The notes below the pieces were generated by a model. The model was not told the origin of the DNA. It did not search any database and worked only from the letters and a program-made list of their open reading frames with translations. The translations under genes were made by a program, and so were the position numbers. Positions 55,192 through 64,000 of a stretch of DNA of 64,000 bases are shown one piece after another (the first letter of the stretch is position 1; every line of letters begins with the position of its first letter). This DNA comes from an uncultured Methylibium sp. (GTDB lineage Bacteria > Pseudomonadota > Gammaproteobacteria > Burkholderiales > Burkholderiaceae_C), in assembly GCF_902826655.1 (NCBI RefSeq), contig NZ_CADEFR010000011.1, forward strand, positions 28,214 through 92,213, given 5' to 3'.

Positions 55192-56196
55192 CTACTTCAC
55201 CAGTGTGACCGCGCGGGGATCGAGCGACCGTAAGGGCCCCGGGTGCACGTAGTCGAGGTAGTCGGGGGCGCGCGCGCCGTCGACGAGGCCTTGGCGGCGG
55301 GCCCAGCGCGCCTGCGCCTCGAGGGCGCTCAGCAGCGACTGGTCGAGCGTCAGCTCGAAGCGGTAGTCGACCCAGATCGCGTCGAGCATCGCCGTGTCGG
55401 TGCCGAGCCAGTCCGCGGCCAGCGCACGGGCGCGGGCCGGCTCCTCGCGCATCATCCGCGCGGCACGCTGCATCGCGCGCAGCAGCTTCTTCAGGTCGGC
55501 GTCGCTGACCGCGCCCTTCTTGGCGACCAGGTTGAAGTGGATGTTGAAGAGCTTGGGGGTGGGCAGGAACACGGCCTGGTCGCCCAGCCGCCGGCGCGCC
55601 TGATAGCCCATGGGCTCGTAGGAACCGACCGCGTCGACCTCGCCGCGGGCCAGCAGGACGACCTGGTTGGCCGGGTCCAGCGGCACCAGCGTCACCTGCG
55701 AGGGCTCGATGCCGTGATACAGCAGGTAGCTGTCGGTGAAGTAGTGGCCCGAGGTGCCTTTGACGACGCCGATGCGCTTGCCCTTCAGGTCGGCCGGCGT
55801 GCGGATGCCGCGGTCGGCCCGCGCGACGACCTTGTTCTCGCTGGCCGAGGTGGCAACGGCCGCGACGATCGCGAAGTCGCTGCGCGCAAAGCTCGCCAGC
55901 ACGATCGGCGCGTCGGCCACGGTGGCGAGCTCGGCTTCGCCTTCCAGCAGGTGCTGCAGGCAGCGCCTGCCGTTGACGCAGCGGATGACGTCCAGCGTCA
56001 GGCCTTCGGCGGCGAAGTAGCCTTGCACCTTTGCCAGCTGCACCGGCGTGAAGCCCGGCCCGGCGGCGATCGCCAGCGTCAGAGCCGATGCCGGCGCGAC
56101 CAGGGCGCCCAGGCCGACGCCGGCCAGCAGCGCCCACGAACGGCGCCGCACCGACCGCTGCAGCGCGGCCCAGTCGGACAAGGAACCCACTGCCAT
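55192..56196 (-). CDS. Periplasmic substrate-binding protein, NMT1/SsuA/TauA-like
   Basis: Signal peptide with RRR (VRRRSWALLAGVGLGALVAPASA), then LTLAIAAGPGFTPVQLAKVQGYFAAEGL ... LKGKRIGVVKGTSGHY. It ends 8 nt before the DGC start. Confidence 0.8.
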   Translation of the reverse strand: MAVGSLSDWAALQRSVRRRSWALLAGVGLGALVAPASALTLAIAAGPGFTPVQLAKVQGYFAAEGLTLDVIRCVNGRRCLQHLLEGEAELATVADAPIVLASFARSDFAIVAAVATSASENKVVARADRGIRTPADLKGKRIGVVKGTSGHYFTDSYLLYHGIEPSQVTLVPLDPANQVVLLARGEVDAVGSYEPMGYQARRRLGDQAVFLPTPKLFNIHFNLVAKKGAVSDADLKKLLRAMQRAARMMREEPARARALAADWLGTDTAMLDAIWVDYRFELTLDQSLLSALEAQARWARRQGLVDGARAPDYLDYVHPGPLRSLDPRAVTLVK

Positions 56197-56333
56197 CTCT
56201 TGAGGCTTGTTCCAGCCACGCCGCCCAACCGGCGTGCAGTCACCCGACGTTATCGCTATCGCGGCCAGAACTGGCTTGCGACTTACCCGATCTGGACACC
56301 CGAGTTCGGCCGATGGCGGCTGCAGGCCCGGTC

Positions 56334-58508
56334 TCAGGCCTTCAGGTACTCGGCGCGGCTGCCGAGCCAGCGCTCGATCTGCGCCGACGCGGCCTGCGGG
56401 TGCGAGGCCAGCAGTCGCGGCGCCAGCTGCCGCGCCTGGTCCAGCAGGGCGGCATCCTCGGTCAGGTCGGCAAAGCGCAGCAGCGCCGCGCCGCTCTGGC
56501 GCGCGCCCATGAACTCGCCCGGGCCGCGGATCTCGAGATCGCGCCGGGCGATCTCGAAGCCGTCGTTGGTCTCGGCCATGGCCTTGAGCCGGGCCTTGCC
56601 GGTGTCGGACAGCGGCGGCGAGTAGAGCAGCACGCAGACGCTCGCCACCGCGCCGCGGCCGACGCGGCCGCGCAGCTGGTGCAGCTGGCTCAGGCCGAAG
56701 CGCTCGGCATGCTCGATCACCATCAGGCTGGCATTGGGCACGTCGACGCCGACCTCGATCACCGTGGTGCTGACCAGCACCGCCATCCTTGGGCCCCCCG
56801 GTGCGCCGCCCTGCGGCGCACCGCCCCCCGCGGAGGACGAGGACGCTCGGGAGCGGCCCGTCGCGTCCTCGGGCCCGCCGGTGAACAGCGACATCACCGC
56901 GGCCTTCTCGGCCGCCGGCATGCGGCCGTGCAGCAGGCCGACCAGCGTGCCGGGCAGGGTCTCGCTCAGCTGGGCGTGGGTCGCGGTCGCGTTCTGCAGG
57001 TCCAGCGTTTCGGACTCCTCGATCAGCGGGCAGACCCAGTAGATCTGGCGACCCTGCGCGACCTCGGCCTGGATGCGGGCAATGACCGAATCGCGCTTGC
57101 CGTCGGCGAAGACCTTGGTGACGACCGGCGTGCGCCCCGGCGGCAGCTCGTCGATGGTGCTGACGTCGAGGTCGGCGTAGTAGCTCATCGCCAGCGTGCG
57201 CGGGATCGGCGTGGCCGACATCATCAGCAGGTGGGGCTCGACACCGGCCGAGTCGAGCTTGCGCTTGAGCTGCAGCCGCTGCGCGACGCCGAAGCGGTGC
57301 TGCTCGTCGACGATCGCGAGGCCGAGCTTCGCGAACGCCACGTCGTCCTGGATCACCGCGTGCGTGCCGACCACCAGCCCGGCCTCGCCCGAGGCCACGC
57401 GCGCCAGCATCTGCGCGCGGCCCTTGCCCCTGCGGCTGCCGGTCAGCCAGGCCACCGTGATGCCCAGCGGCTCCAGCCACTGCACCAGCTTGCGGAAGTG
57501 CTGCTCGGCCAGGATCTCGGTCGGCGCCATCAGTGCGCACTGCCAGCCGGCGTCGATGGCCACCGCGGCAGCGAGCGCCGCCACCACGGTCTTGCCCGAG
57601 CCGACGTCGCCCTGCAGCAGGCGGTGCATGGGTTGCGGCCTCGCCAGGTCGCGCGCGATCTCCTCGGCGACGCGCTGCTGCGCCGCCGTCAGCTGGAACG
57701 GCAGCGCCGCCAGCAGGCGCTCGTGCCGCCCGCCGGGCAGGGCCTGCAGCGCCGGGGCGCGCAGCGCCGCGCGTTCGCGCTGGGCCTGGGCCTGCGACAG
57801 TTGCTGCGCCAGCAGCTCCTCGAACTTCAGGCGCTGCCAGGCGGGGTGGCTGCGGTCTTCCAGCGTCGCCATCGGCACGCGCGGTGCCGGGTGGTGCAGG
57901 AAGGTCAGCGCGTCCTTCAAGGTCGGCAGGCCCGGCGGCACGATGCCGGGCGGCAGCAGTTCGGCCAGCGGTGCGCGCAGCAGCGCCGAGGCCACGGCCT
58001 TGCGCAGGTAGGCCTGCGGCAGCTGGGCGCTGGACGGATAGACCGGCGTCAGCGCCTCGGCGAGCGGCGTGTCGGCGCTGACCGCCTTGACGGCCGGATG
58101 CACCATCTCGCGCCCGAGGAAGCCGCCGCGCAGCTCGCCGCGCACGCGCACGCGCGTGCCGACCGCCAGCGCCTTCTGCTGCGACGGGTAGAAGTGCAGG
58201 AAGCGCAGCACCAGCTCGTCGCTGCCGTCGTCGACGCGCACGACCAGCTGGCGGCGCGGCCGGAAGTCGACGCGGCTGTCGCTCACCACGCCCTCGACCT
58301 GCACCGCGTCGCCTTCGCGCGCGTCGGCGATGCGGGTGAGGCGCGTCTCGTCCTCGTAGCGCAGCGGCAGGTGCAGGGCGAGGTCGATGTCGCGCAGCAG
58401 GCCGAGCTTCTCGAGGGCGCGCTGCGGGGCGGACCGGGCGGGGCGGCCGTCACCGGGCCGCTGCGGTGCCGTGGCGGATTGCTCGCTGGCCTTGGACACG
58501 GGCGCCAT
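56334..58508 (-). CDS. recG: ATP-dependent DNA helicase RecG
   Basis: Wedge-domain N-terminus (LPLRYEDETRLT), Walker A GDVGSGKT, DEQHRFGV, TATPIPRT, TTVIEVGVDVPNAS and QLHQLRGRVGRG. The start is set at ATG 58508. Confidence 0.94.
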   Translation of the reverse strand: MAPVSKASEQSATAPQRPGDGRPARSAPQRALEKLGLLRDIDLALHLPLRYEDETRLTRIADAREGDAVQVEGVVSDSRVDFRPRRQLVVRVDDGSDELVLRFLHFYPSQQKALAVGTRVRVRGELRGGFLGREMVHPAVKAVSADTPLAEALTPVYPSSAQLPQAYLRKAVASALLRAPLAELLPPGIVPPGLPTLKDALTFLHHPAPRVPMATLEDRSHPAWQRLKFEELLAQQLSQAQAQRERAALRAPALQALPGGRHERLLAALPFQLTAAQQRVAEEIARDLARPQPMHRLLQGDVGSGKTVVAALAAAVAIDAGWQCALMAPTEILAEQHFRKLVQWLEPLGITVAWLTGSRRGKGRAQMLARVASGEAGLVVGTHAVIQDDVAFAKLGLAIVDEQHRFGVAQRLQLKRKLDSAGVEPHLLMMSATPIPRTLAMSYYADLDVSTIDELPPGRTPVVTKVFADGKRDSVIARIQAEVAQGRQIYWVCPLIEESETLDLQNATATHAQLSETLPGTLVGLLHGRMPAAEKAAVMSLFTGGPEDATGRSRASSSSAGGGAPQGGAPGGPRMAVLVSTTVIEVGVDVPNASLMVIEHAERFGLSQLHQLRGRVGRGAVASVCVLLYSPPLSDTGKARLKAMAETNDGFEIARRDLEIRGPGEFMGARQSGAALLRFADLTEDAALLDQARQLAPRLLASHPQAASAQIERWLGSRAEYLKA
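56800..56822. repeat. Perfect 10-bp inverted repeat GGTGCGCCGC-CCT-GCGGCGCACC inside the recG insertion
   Basis: Read directly from the sequence. A second inverted repeat, GAGGACGC (56839-56846) / GCGTCCTC (56863-56870), lies 17 nt away. Both fall within the 87-nt segment absent from E. coli RecG. Confidence 0.6.
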
Positions 58509-58627
58509 CCACTCATTCTGCCGTCCGCGGGCCGCTAGGATCGCGCGGCGGCGCTGGCGTCGCGCAGACTCAATCAACCAGAGGGAGACTTTTCCATGTC
58601 CGTTGCGGACCCCACCCCACGTCGCGC

Positions 58628-59221
58628 CTGCAGCGCCTCTTCACCGTCGTCGTGCTGGCCACGCTGACGGCCCTGGCCAGCGGCTGTGCCAGCGGCTACG
58701 TCGACACCGCGACCAGGGAAGTCGATGCCGCGCAGTTCCGCAAGCCGGCCCAGCCGCAGGCGGCGCAACTGCTGTTCGAGTTCCAGACCAAGGGGGCCTT
58801 GAACACGCGCGCGACCGACTTCCTGAAGGCCCAGGTGACGGAACAGATCAAGACCAGCGGCCTGTTCTCGCAGGTCGACGAGAAGCCCGTCGCCGGTGGG
58901 GCGCTGCTGAGCGTGACGCTGAACAACGTGCCGCTGACCGACGATGCGTTCACCAAGGGTTTCGTCACCGGGCTGACCTTCGGCCTGGCCGGCTCGCAGG
59001 TCTCGGACGGGTATGTCTGCACGGTCAAGTACGCCGGCCCCGGCCAGCCCGAAGCGCTCGTCAAGACGGCACGGCACGCGATCCACACGACCGTCGGAGC
59101 GAGCAGCGCACCGGCCAACGGCGTCAAGGCGGACAGCATCGAAGCGGCCGTGCGGACGATGACGCGGCAGGTGGTCAGCACCACCCTGGACGAGCTGTCG
59201 CGCGATGAGCGCTTCCGCTGA
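58628..59221 (+). CDS. Lipoprotein of unknown function; start unresolved (CTG 58628, GTG 58652, or frameshifted ATG 58596)
   Basis: A lipoprotein signal (RLQRLFTVVVLATLTALASGC) is followed by about 175 aa with no recognised motif. There is no in-frame ATG near the signal peptide. Confidence 0.6.
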   Translation: MQRLFTVVVLATLTALASGCASGYVDTATREVDAAQFRKPAQPQAAQLLFEFQTKGALNTRATDFLKAQVTEQIKTSGLFSQVDEKPVAGGALLSVTLNNVPLTDDAFTKGFVTGLTFGLAGSQVSDGYVCTVKYAGPGQPEALVKTARHAIHTTVGASSAPANGVKADSIEAAVRTMTRQVVSTTLDELSRDERFR

Positions 59222-59798
59222 CACGCGCCCGGCGGGCCGCGGCGTCGCGGCCGCGGCCCTGCTGGGGCTGACGCTGCTCGCGGGCGGTTGTGCACAGATG
59301 CCGCTCGGCGCCCCGGTGGCCAGCCTCGAGAACATCCAGCGCGCCCGGGTCGTCGCGCTGCAGCCGCTGGCGCTGGGCAGCTTCGGCCCGGCCGCCGACC
59401 AGGAGCGCGCGCTCGTCGACCACTCGCTGCGCGGGTCGAGCATCGTGCCGCCGCAGGGGTCGTTCGCGGCCTATCTGCGCCAGACGCTGGAGACCGAACT
59501 GGCCGCGGCCGGTCTGCTGGACCCCGCCTCGACGACCGTCGTCAGCGCCACGCTCCTGGCGAGCCGGGTCGACGCGGCGGTCGGCGAAGGCCGCGGCATG
59601 CTCGCGGCGCGCTTCGTGCACACCCGCGACGGGCGCACGCGCTACGACCGCGAACTGCAGGCCGAGGGGCGCTGGCCCTCGTCCTTCGTCGGCGTCGAGG
59701 CGCTCCCGGCGGCGTTCAACGGCTACGCGCTGCTGCATCGCGAGCTCGTCGGGCGACTGCTGGCCGACCCGGATTTCCGCCAGGCCGCAGCGCGCTGA
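59205..59798 (+). CDS. Lipoprotein of unknown function
   Basis: Signal peptide with lipobox ([14 protein letters not shown]). 197 aa. It overlaps the preceding lipoprotein gene by 17 nt. Confidence 0.7.
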   Translation: MSASADTRPAGRGVAAAALLGLTLLAGGCAQMPLGAPVASLENIQRARVVALQPLALGSFGPAADQERALVDHSLRGSSIVPPQGSFAAYLRQTLETELAAAGLLDPASTTVVSATLLASRVDAAVGEGRGMLAARFVHTRDGRTRYDRELQAEGRWPSSFVGVEALPAAFNGYALLHRELVGRLLADPDFRQAAAR

Positions 59799-59818
59799 AG
59801 ACCACCGACAGGCTCGCC

Positions 59819-60877
59819 ATGATCGCTCCCCGCCACACCCTCGCCGATTTCGACTTCGCCCTCCCGCCCGAACTGATCGCCCAGCAACCGGCCGCCGAGC
59901 GCAGCGGCTCGCGGTTGCTCGACGGCCGCGGCGAGCTGGCGGTCGACCGCGGCTTCCGCGAGCTGCCGTCGCTGCTGGCGCCGGGCGATCTGCTGGTCTT
60001 CAACGACACCCGCGTCATCAAGGCGCGTCTGTTCGGCGTCAAGGCGAGCGGCGGCGCGGTCGAGGCCCTGGTCGAGCGCGTGCTGCCCGGCGGCCACGAG
60101 GTCTGGGCCCACCTGCGCGCCAGCAAGTCGCCCAGGGTCGGCAGCACGATCCGCTTCGGCACGCCGGCCGAGTCCTTCAATGCCGAGGTGCTGGGCCGCT
60201 GCGGCCCGGAGGGCGTGCTGTACCACCTGCGGCTGCCCGAGGACCCGTTCGCGCTGCTGGCGCGCCATGGCCATGTGCCGCTGCCGCCCTACATCCGGCA
60301 TGCCGATGGCGCCGACGACGAGCGCCGCTACCAGACGGTGTTCGCGCGCGCGCCCGGTGCGGTCGCCGCCCCGACCGCGGCGCTGCACTTCGACCAGGCC
60401 GTGCTGTCGGCGCTGTCGGCGCGCGGCGTCGGCAGCGCGAGCATCACGCTGCACGTCGGCGCAGGCACTTTCCAGCCGGTGCGTGTGGAGAACCTGGCCG
60501 ACCACCGCATGCACAGCGAATGGTTCGAGGTGCCGGCGGCGACGGTCGCGGCCATCGGGCGCACCCGCGAGGCCGGCGGCCGCGTCGTCGCGGTCGGCAC
60601 GACGACGCTGCGGGCGCTGGAGTCGGCGGCACGGGGCGGGACGCTCGAGGCCGGCGCGCGCGAGACCGACATCTTCATCACGCCCGGCTTCGACTTCCGC
60701 GTGGTCGACGTGCTGCTGACCAACTTCCACCTGCCGAAGAGCACGCTGCTGATGCTGGTCAGCGCCTTCACCGGGCACGAACGCATGCGTGCGCTGTACA
60801 CGCACGCGGTGCGCGAGCGCTACCGCTTCTTCAGCTACGGCGACGCCATGCTGCTGGCGCGCGCGGCCGGTGCCTGA
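59819..60877 (+). CDS. queA: S-adenosylmethionine:tRNA ribosyltransferase-isomerase QueA
   Basis: [48 protein letters not shown] and [11 protein letters not shown]. Confidence 0.95.
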   Translation: MIAPRHTLADFDFALPPELIAQQPAAERSGSRLLDGRGELAVDRGFRELPSLLAPGDLLVFNDTRVIKARLFGVKASGGAVEALVERVLPGGHEVWAHLRASKSPRVGSTIRFGTPAESFNAEVLGRCGPEGVLYHLRLPEDPFALLARHGHVPLPPYIRHADGADDERRYQTVFARAPGAVAAPTAALHFDQAVLSALSARGVGSASITLHVGAGTFQPVRVENLADHRMHSEWFEVPAATVAAIGRTREAGGRVVAVGTTTLRALESAARGGTLEAGARETDIFITPGFDFRVVDVLLTNFHLPKSTLLMLVSAFTGHERMRALYTHAVRERYRFFSYGDAMLLARAAGA

Positions 60878-60883
60878 GCGCGC

Positions 60884-61579
60884 TCACGACTTCGACGGCG
60901 GCTGCAGCGTCATCACCGACACCAGCCAGCCCAGCAGCGCCACCGGGTAGAGCACGCCGATCAGCGCCTCCAGCATCGCCAGCGAGCGTGCGGCGGCGTG
61001 CGCCGGCGTGATGTCGCCGTAGCCCAGCGAGGTGAGGGTGACGAAGGAGTAGTAGCCGAGCTGGGTGACGATGTCGCTGTAGGCGGCCGGTTGGCCGAGG
61101 ATCAGGTAGGCGCCGTCGAAGTGCATCGCGACCAGCCGGTGCAGCTGCGCGAAGGTCAGGCCGATCAGCAGGAAGGCCGCGACCGCGCCGAGCACGCGGT
61201 GCACGTTGATGCGCCCGGCCGCCAGCGTGTAGGCCAGCGTCAGCCAGCACAGCACGCCCAGGTTGGCGGCGGCGAAGCCGGCGTCGGCGGTGCGCAGCAG
61301 CGCGTCGGGCAGCCAGACGTTGGCGATGCGCAGTGCCGCGGTGACGAAGGCGGTGACGATGAACAGCCGGCCCGGCAGCGTGTGGTCGGCCAGGATCCAC
61401 ACGCCGAGCGCCAGGCCACCGACGAACACGGCGTCGGCCACGTGGCGGTTGAAGATCCCCAGCTCGACCAGCGCCGGCACCAGCACGACCTCGGCCAGCA
61501 GCAGCAGGGTCAGCGCGGTGAGACTGCGGTCGGTGACGGCCTGGCGGGTCAGGCGGGCCCAGAGGCGTTGCAGCGGCAT
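60884..61579 (-). CDS. Potassium-channel-family membrane protein (Ion_trans_2 pore)
   Basis: Selectivity-filter signature TLTSLGYGD between two hydrophobic helices. 231 aa in total, with additional N-terminal TM helices. Confidence 0.85.
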   Translation of the reverse strand: MPLQRLWARLTRQAVTDRSLTALTLLLLAEVVLVPALVELGIFNRHVADAVFVGGLALGVWILADHTLPGRLFIVTAFVTAALRIANVWLPDALLRTADAGFAAANLGVLCWLTLAYTLAAGRINVHRVLGAVAAFLLIGLTFAQLHRLVAMHFDGAYLILGQPAAYSDIVTQLGYYSFVTLTSLGYGDITPAHAAARSLAMLEALIGVLYPVALLGWLVSVMTLQPPSKS

Positions 61580-61621
61580 GAGGACCCGAGGATACGGGCC
61601 GCAGGCTTCATTCGCAGCGTC

Positions 61622-62323
61622 TCAGGTGTCCGTCCACATCCTCAGCAGGTTGTGATACGTCCCGGTCAGGGCGACGATGGTCTCGGTGTCGCCGTGCGTT
61701 TCGCGCAGCGCGAGGATCTGCATGTCCAGCTCGTAGAGCAGCCGGCGCTGGTCGTCGCGCCGCACCATGCTCTCGAGCCAGAAGAAGCTGGCGAGCCGCG
61801 CGCCGCGGGTGACCGGCTCGACGCGATGCACGCTGCTCGACGGGTACAGCACCAGGTCGCCGGCCGGCAGCTTGACGCGCGGGCGATCGAGGGCTGGCTC
61901 GGGCGACTCGATCACCAGCTCGCCGCCGTCGTAGCTGTCCGGCTCGGTCAGGAACAGCGTGCAGGAGATGTCGGTGCGCACCCGCTTGCCGCGCATCTCG
62001 CCGAAGCGCGCCAGGCGCACGGCGTTGTCGACGTGGTTGCCGAAGGCGTTGGTCGCGCCCGCGTAGCGGTTGAACAGCGGCGGGAAGATCTTCTTCGGCA
62101 GCGCGGCGGTGAAGAACAGCAGGTTGGCCGCCAGCGCGTCCATCACGATCTGCTGCAGCTGCAGCGTGAGCGGATGGTCCTCGGGCAGCTGCTCGTTGTT
62201 CTTCACCTGCGCCGACTGCGTGCCCGCGGTGACGCGACCATCGCCCCAGGGTGCCGACGCGAGCAGCGACCGCGTCTTCGCGAGCGCTTCGGCGTCGAGC
62301 ACCTGGGGGATGTGCAGCAGCAT
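61622..62323 (-). CDS. Fe(II)/2-oxoglutarate-dependent PKHD-type hydroxylase (PiuC/YbiX family)
   Basis: [14 protein letters not shown] ..., HVDN (the HxD iron ligands), GGELV and [21 protein letters not shown]. It lies 23 nt downstream of the TonB-dependent receptor gene. Confidence 0.88.
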   Translation of the reverse strand: MLLHIPQVLDAEALAKTRSLLASAPWGDGRVTAGTQSAQVKNNEQLPEDHPLTLQLQQIVMDALAANLLFFTAALPKKIFPPLFNRYAGATNAFGNHVDNAVRLARFGEMRGKRVRTDISCTLFLTEPDSYDGGELVIESPEPALDRPRVKLPAGDLVLYPSSSVHRVEPVTRGARLASFFWLESMVRRDDQRRLLYELDMQILALRETHGDTETIVALTGTYHNLLRMWTDT

Positions 62324-62346
62324 GGCGAACGAGTCTACGGCCGGCG

Positions 62347-64000
62347 TCAGAACTTGAAGATGCCCGTCATCAGGAACACCCGCCCCGGGCCGGGGATGTA
62401 GTGGCCCGACGTGTACAGCGACTCGGCATAGAGCTTGTCGGTCACGTTGTTGAGGTTGAACTTGAAGGCGAGCTGGTCGTTGGCCTTGAACTCGGCCATC
62501 AGGTCGCCGGTCACATAGTGCGGCGCCTCGAAGCCCGGGTTGCGGTTGGGCTGCATGCCGGAGCGGGCGTTCAGGCCACCGCCGACGCGCCAGGCCTGCG
62601 TCACCTGGTAGGTGCTCCAGATCGTGCCGGAGTGGCGCGGCGTCAGCGACGGCCGGCTGCCCTGGCGCTCGGAGTCGACCGGGCTCGCGGCCACGTCGAT
62701 GCTCGCCGACGGGATCCACATGTAGGAGCCGTACACCTCCCAGTTCGGCGTCAGGCGGCCGGTCAGGTCGAGCTCGAGCCCGGAGGCATGCCGCTTGCCC
62801 GACAGCGTCACGACGTTGGTGAGCAGCGGATCGGTGTTGCGCTCGTGCAGCTTGGTGGTGCGGAAGATCGCCGCGCGCGCGGTGAAGTTTCGGTCGGCCG
62901 ACTCGACGCGCGCGCCCAGTTCGGCGTTGATCGACTGCTCGGGCGGGATGTTGACGTTGGCGTTCGACAGCGAGTAGGCATCGCCCGAGGTGTTGAACGA
63001 CGTCGCCCCCGACAGGTGGAAGGACAGGCGATCGTTGGGCTGGAACAGGATCGCCGCGCGCCGGCTCACCTCGCTGACCGTCATGCGGTAGCTGGTGCGC
63101 GTCTCGGGGCCGGGCGCGGCGTTCGGGATCGCGATGGTGTCGTAGTCGCCGGTCAGGTAGTCGTAGCGCAGGCCGGCCAGCAGCTTCCAGTTCGGCAGGA
63201 ACTCGATCATGTCCTGCACGTACACGCCGCCGGCGCGGCTCGTGTACTCGCTGGTCAGGCGCAGCACGCGCAGGGATTCGTCGATCGTGGCGCCGTCGTC
63301 CGGCGTGCCGACGGTGGTGGTGGGCTTGGCCGGTACCACGCCGCCCTGGGCCGCGTTGCGTGCACCGTAGACCTGCTTCTTCTCCTGGGCCACGTCGACA
63401 CCGGCCTGCAGCTGATGCTGCATGCCGAACCACTTGAAGTAGCCGGTGTAGTCGCTCTGCGCGTGCACCGTGTCCATGTCCTGGATCTTGAGCTGCGTGC
63501 CGCGCGTGAGCACGGTGTTCGGCCCGAAGGTCTCGAGGCTCACCGGCACGCCGCCGGGTTGCTGGGCCGCCGCGGCGAAACGCACGGTGCCGGCGCGCTG
63601 GTCGCGCGTGTAGTCCCCCTTGCGCAGCTTGGTGACGAGCTCGCCGCCGCCGGCCAGGCGCCAGGTGTGCGACAGCGTCAGGATGCCGGCTGTGCCCGCG
63701 TTGCGGTCGCTGGCCATGCCGTAGTAGGCCGTGGGCGAGATCGGCAGCAGCGTGCTCGTGCTCACCGGCGAGGTCGGCGTCGGCCGGATCCACGGCATGC
63801 CGTAGTTCATGCCGTTGTCGTTGTCGAGGTAGTACAGCGTCGCGGCGAACTCGTGGCGCTCGCCGATGCCGGTGCGCCAGGCGGCGGCGACGCCGCGCTT
63901 GTCGATCGAGCTGCCGGCGCCGTTGTTGTCGGCCGCGTTGATCATGGTGCCGAAGCGCACCGCGCTCGACTCGCCGAGACGGACGTTGAAGTCGCCCACG
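62347..64000 (-). CDS. TonB-dependent outer-membrane (siderophore-type) receptor, C-terminal about 550 aa; 5' end lies outside the window
   Basis: Beta-barrel repeats and the terminal aromatic residue (…LMTGIFKF). The ORF is open to the window edge. Confidence 0.9.
   Translation of the reverse strand, partial: VGDFNVRLGESSAVRFGTMINAADNNGAGSSIDKRGVAAAWRTGIGERHEFAATLYYLDNDNGMNYGMPWIRPTPTSPVSTSTLLPISPTAYYGMASDRNAGTAGILTLSHTWRLAGGGELVTKLRKGDYTRDQRAGTVRFAAAAQQPGGVPVSLETFGPNTVLTRGTQLKIQDMDTVHAQSDYTGYFKWFGMQHQLQAGVDVAQEKKQVYGARNAAQGGVVPAKPTTTVGTPDDGATIDESLRVLRLTSEYTSRAGGVYVQDMIEFLPNWKLLAGLRYDYLTGDYDTIAIPNAAPGPETRTSYRMTVSEVSRRAAILFQPNDRLSFHLSGATSFNTSGDAYSLSNANVNIPPEQSINAELGARVESADRNFTARAAIFRTTKLHERNTDPLLTNVVTLSGKRHASGLELDLTGRLTPNWEVYGSYMWIPSASIDVAASPVDSERQGSRPSLTPRHSGTIWSTYQVTQAWRVGGGLNARSGMQPNRNPGFEAPHYVTGDLMAEFKANDQLAFKFNLNNVTDKLYAESLYTSGHYIPGPGRVFLMTGIFKF

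Noticed and set aside
56088-58538. 816-aa plus-strand ORF antisense to recG
   Set aside because: It is an Arg/Ala/Gly/Gln-rich artefact. RecG helicase motifs occupy the opposite strand throughout.

Overview
The window is a very GC-rich chromosomal segment. Gene content and synteny look betaproteobacterial (Burkholderiales-like). All family assignments come from reading the supplied ORF translations for motifs. No database search was possible.

I support about 60 protein-coding genes and no rRNA, tRNA, CRISPR array or recognisable IS/transposase/integrase.

Gene order, left to right:
- Partition locus: mnmG (3' end)-rsmG, a Phd/VapC toxin-antitoxin pair, parA, three enzyme genes (GNAT, S41 lipoprotein peptidase, YdeN-type hydrolase), then parB.
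- prkA-yeaH-spoVR stress operon, followed by a GAF-GGDEF protein with a degenerate active site.
- A methyltransferase, an FAD-linked D-lactate-dehydrogenase-like oxidase, a TlpA-like thioredoxin, and a two-subunit GMC dehydrogenase with an RHH protein.
- A PduO-type adenosyltransferase, an EF-hand protein, a class I DAHP synthase, threonine dehydratase and tldD.
- rsmI / yraN-diaA-dolP, then a HIBADH-like dehydrogenase.
- pilT, a cNMP-domain gene and pilU, then yggS.
- A Liv-type ABC transporter, an AmpG-like MFS transporter, and lrp / putA-proC-gdh-amidase.
- ubiA, then dps, katG and oxyR.
- A BvgS-like hybrid kinase, a PAS-GGDEF cyclase with its SBP partner, recG, and two lipoproteins.
- queA, a K+ channel, a PiuC-type hydroxylase, and a truncated TonB-dependent receptor.

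Most notable observations read from the DNA:
- A 24-codon leader ORF rich in Tyr/Phe/Trp codons, followed by a strong intrinsic terminator, sits just upstream of the DAHP synthase gene. This looks like an aromatic amino-acid attenuator.
- A standalone cyclic-nucleotide-binding-domain gene lies between pilT and pilU.
- Near-consensus parS palindromes are embedded in the mnmG and rsmG coding sequences, and parA is separated from parB by about 3 kb.
- A good sigma-54 promoter match lies upstream of prkA.
- putA and proC appear translationally coupled.
- recG carries an in-frame 87-nt palindromic insertion.
- A lipoprotein gene has its only SD+ATG start in the wrong frame next to a C-run.

Most of the window is ordinary core genome. 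The long Arg/Ala/Gly/Pro-rich ORFs antisense to recognised genes are treated as GC artefacts.
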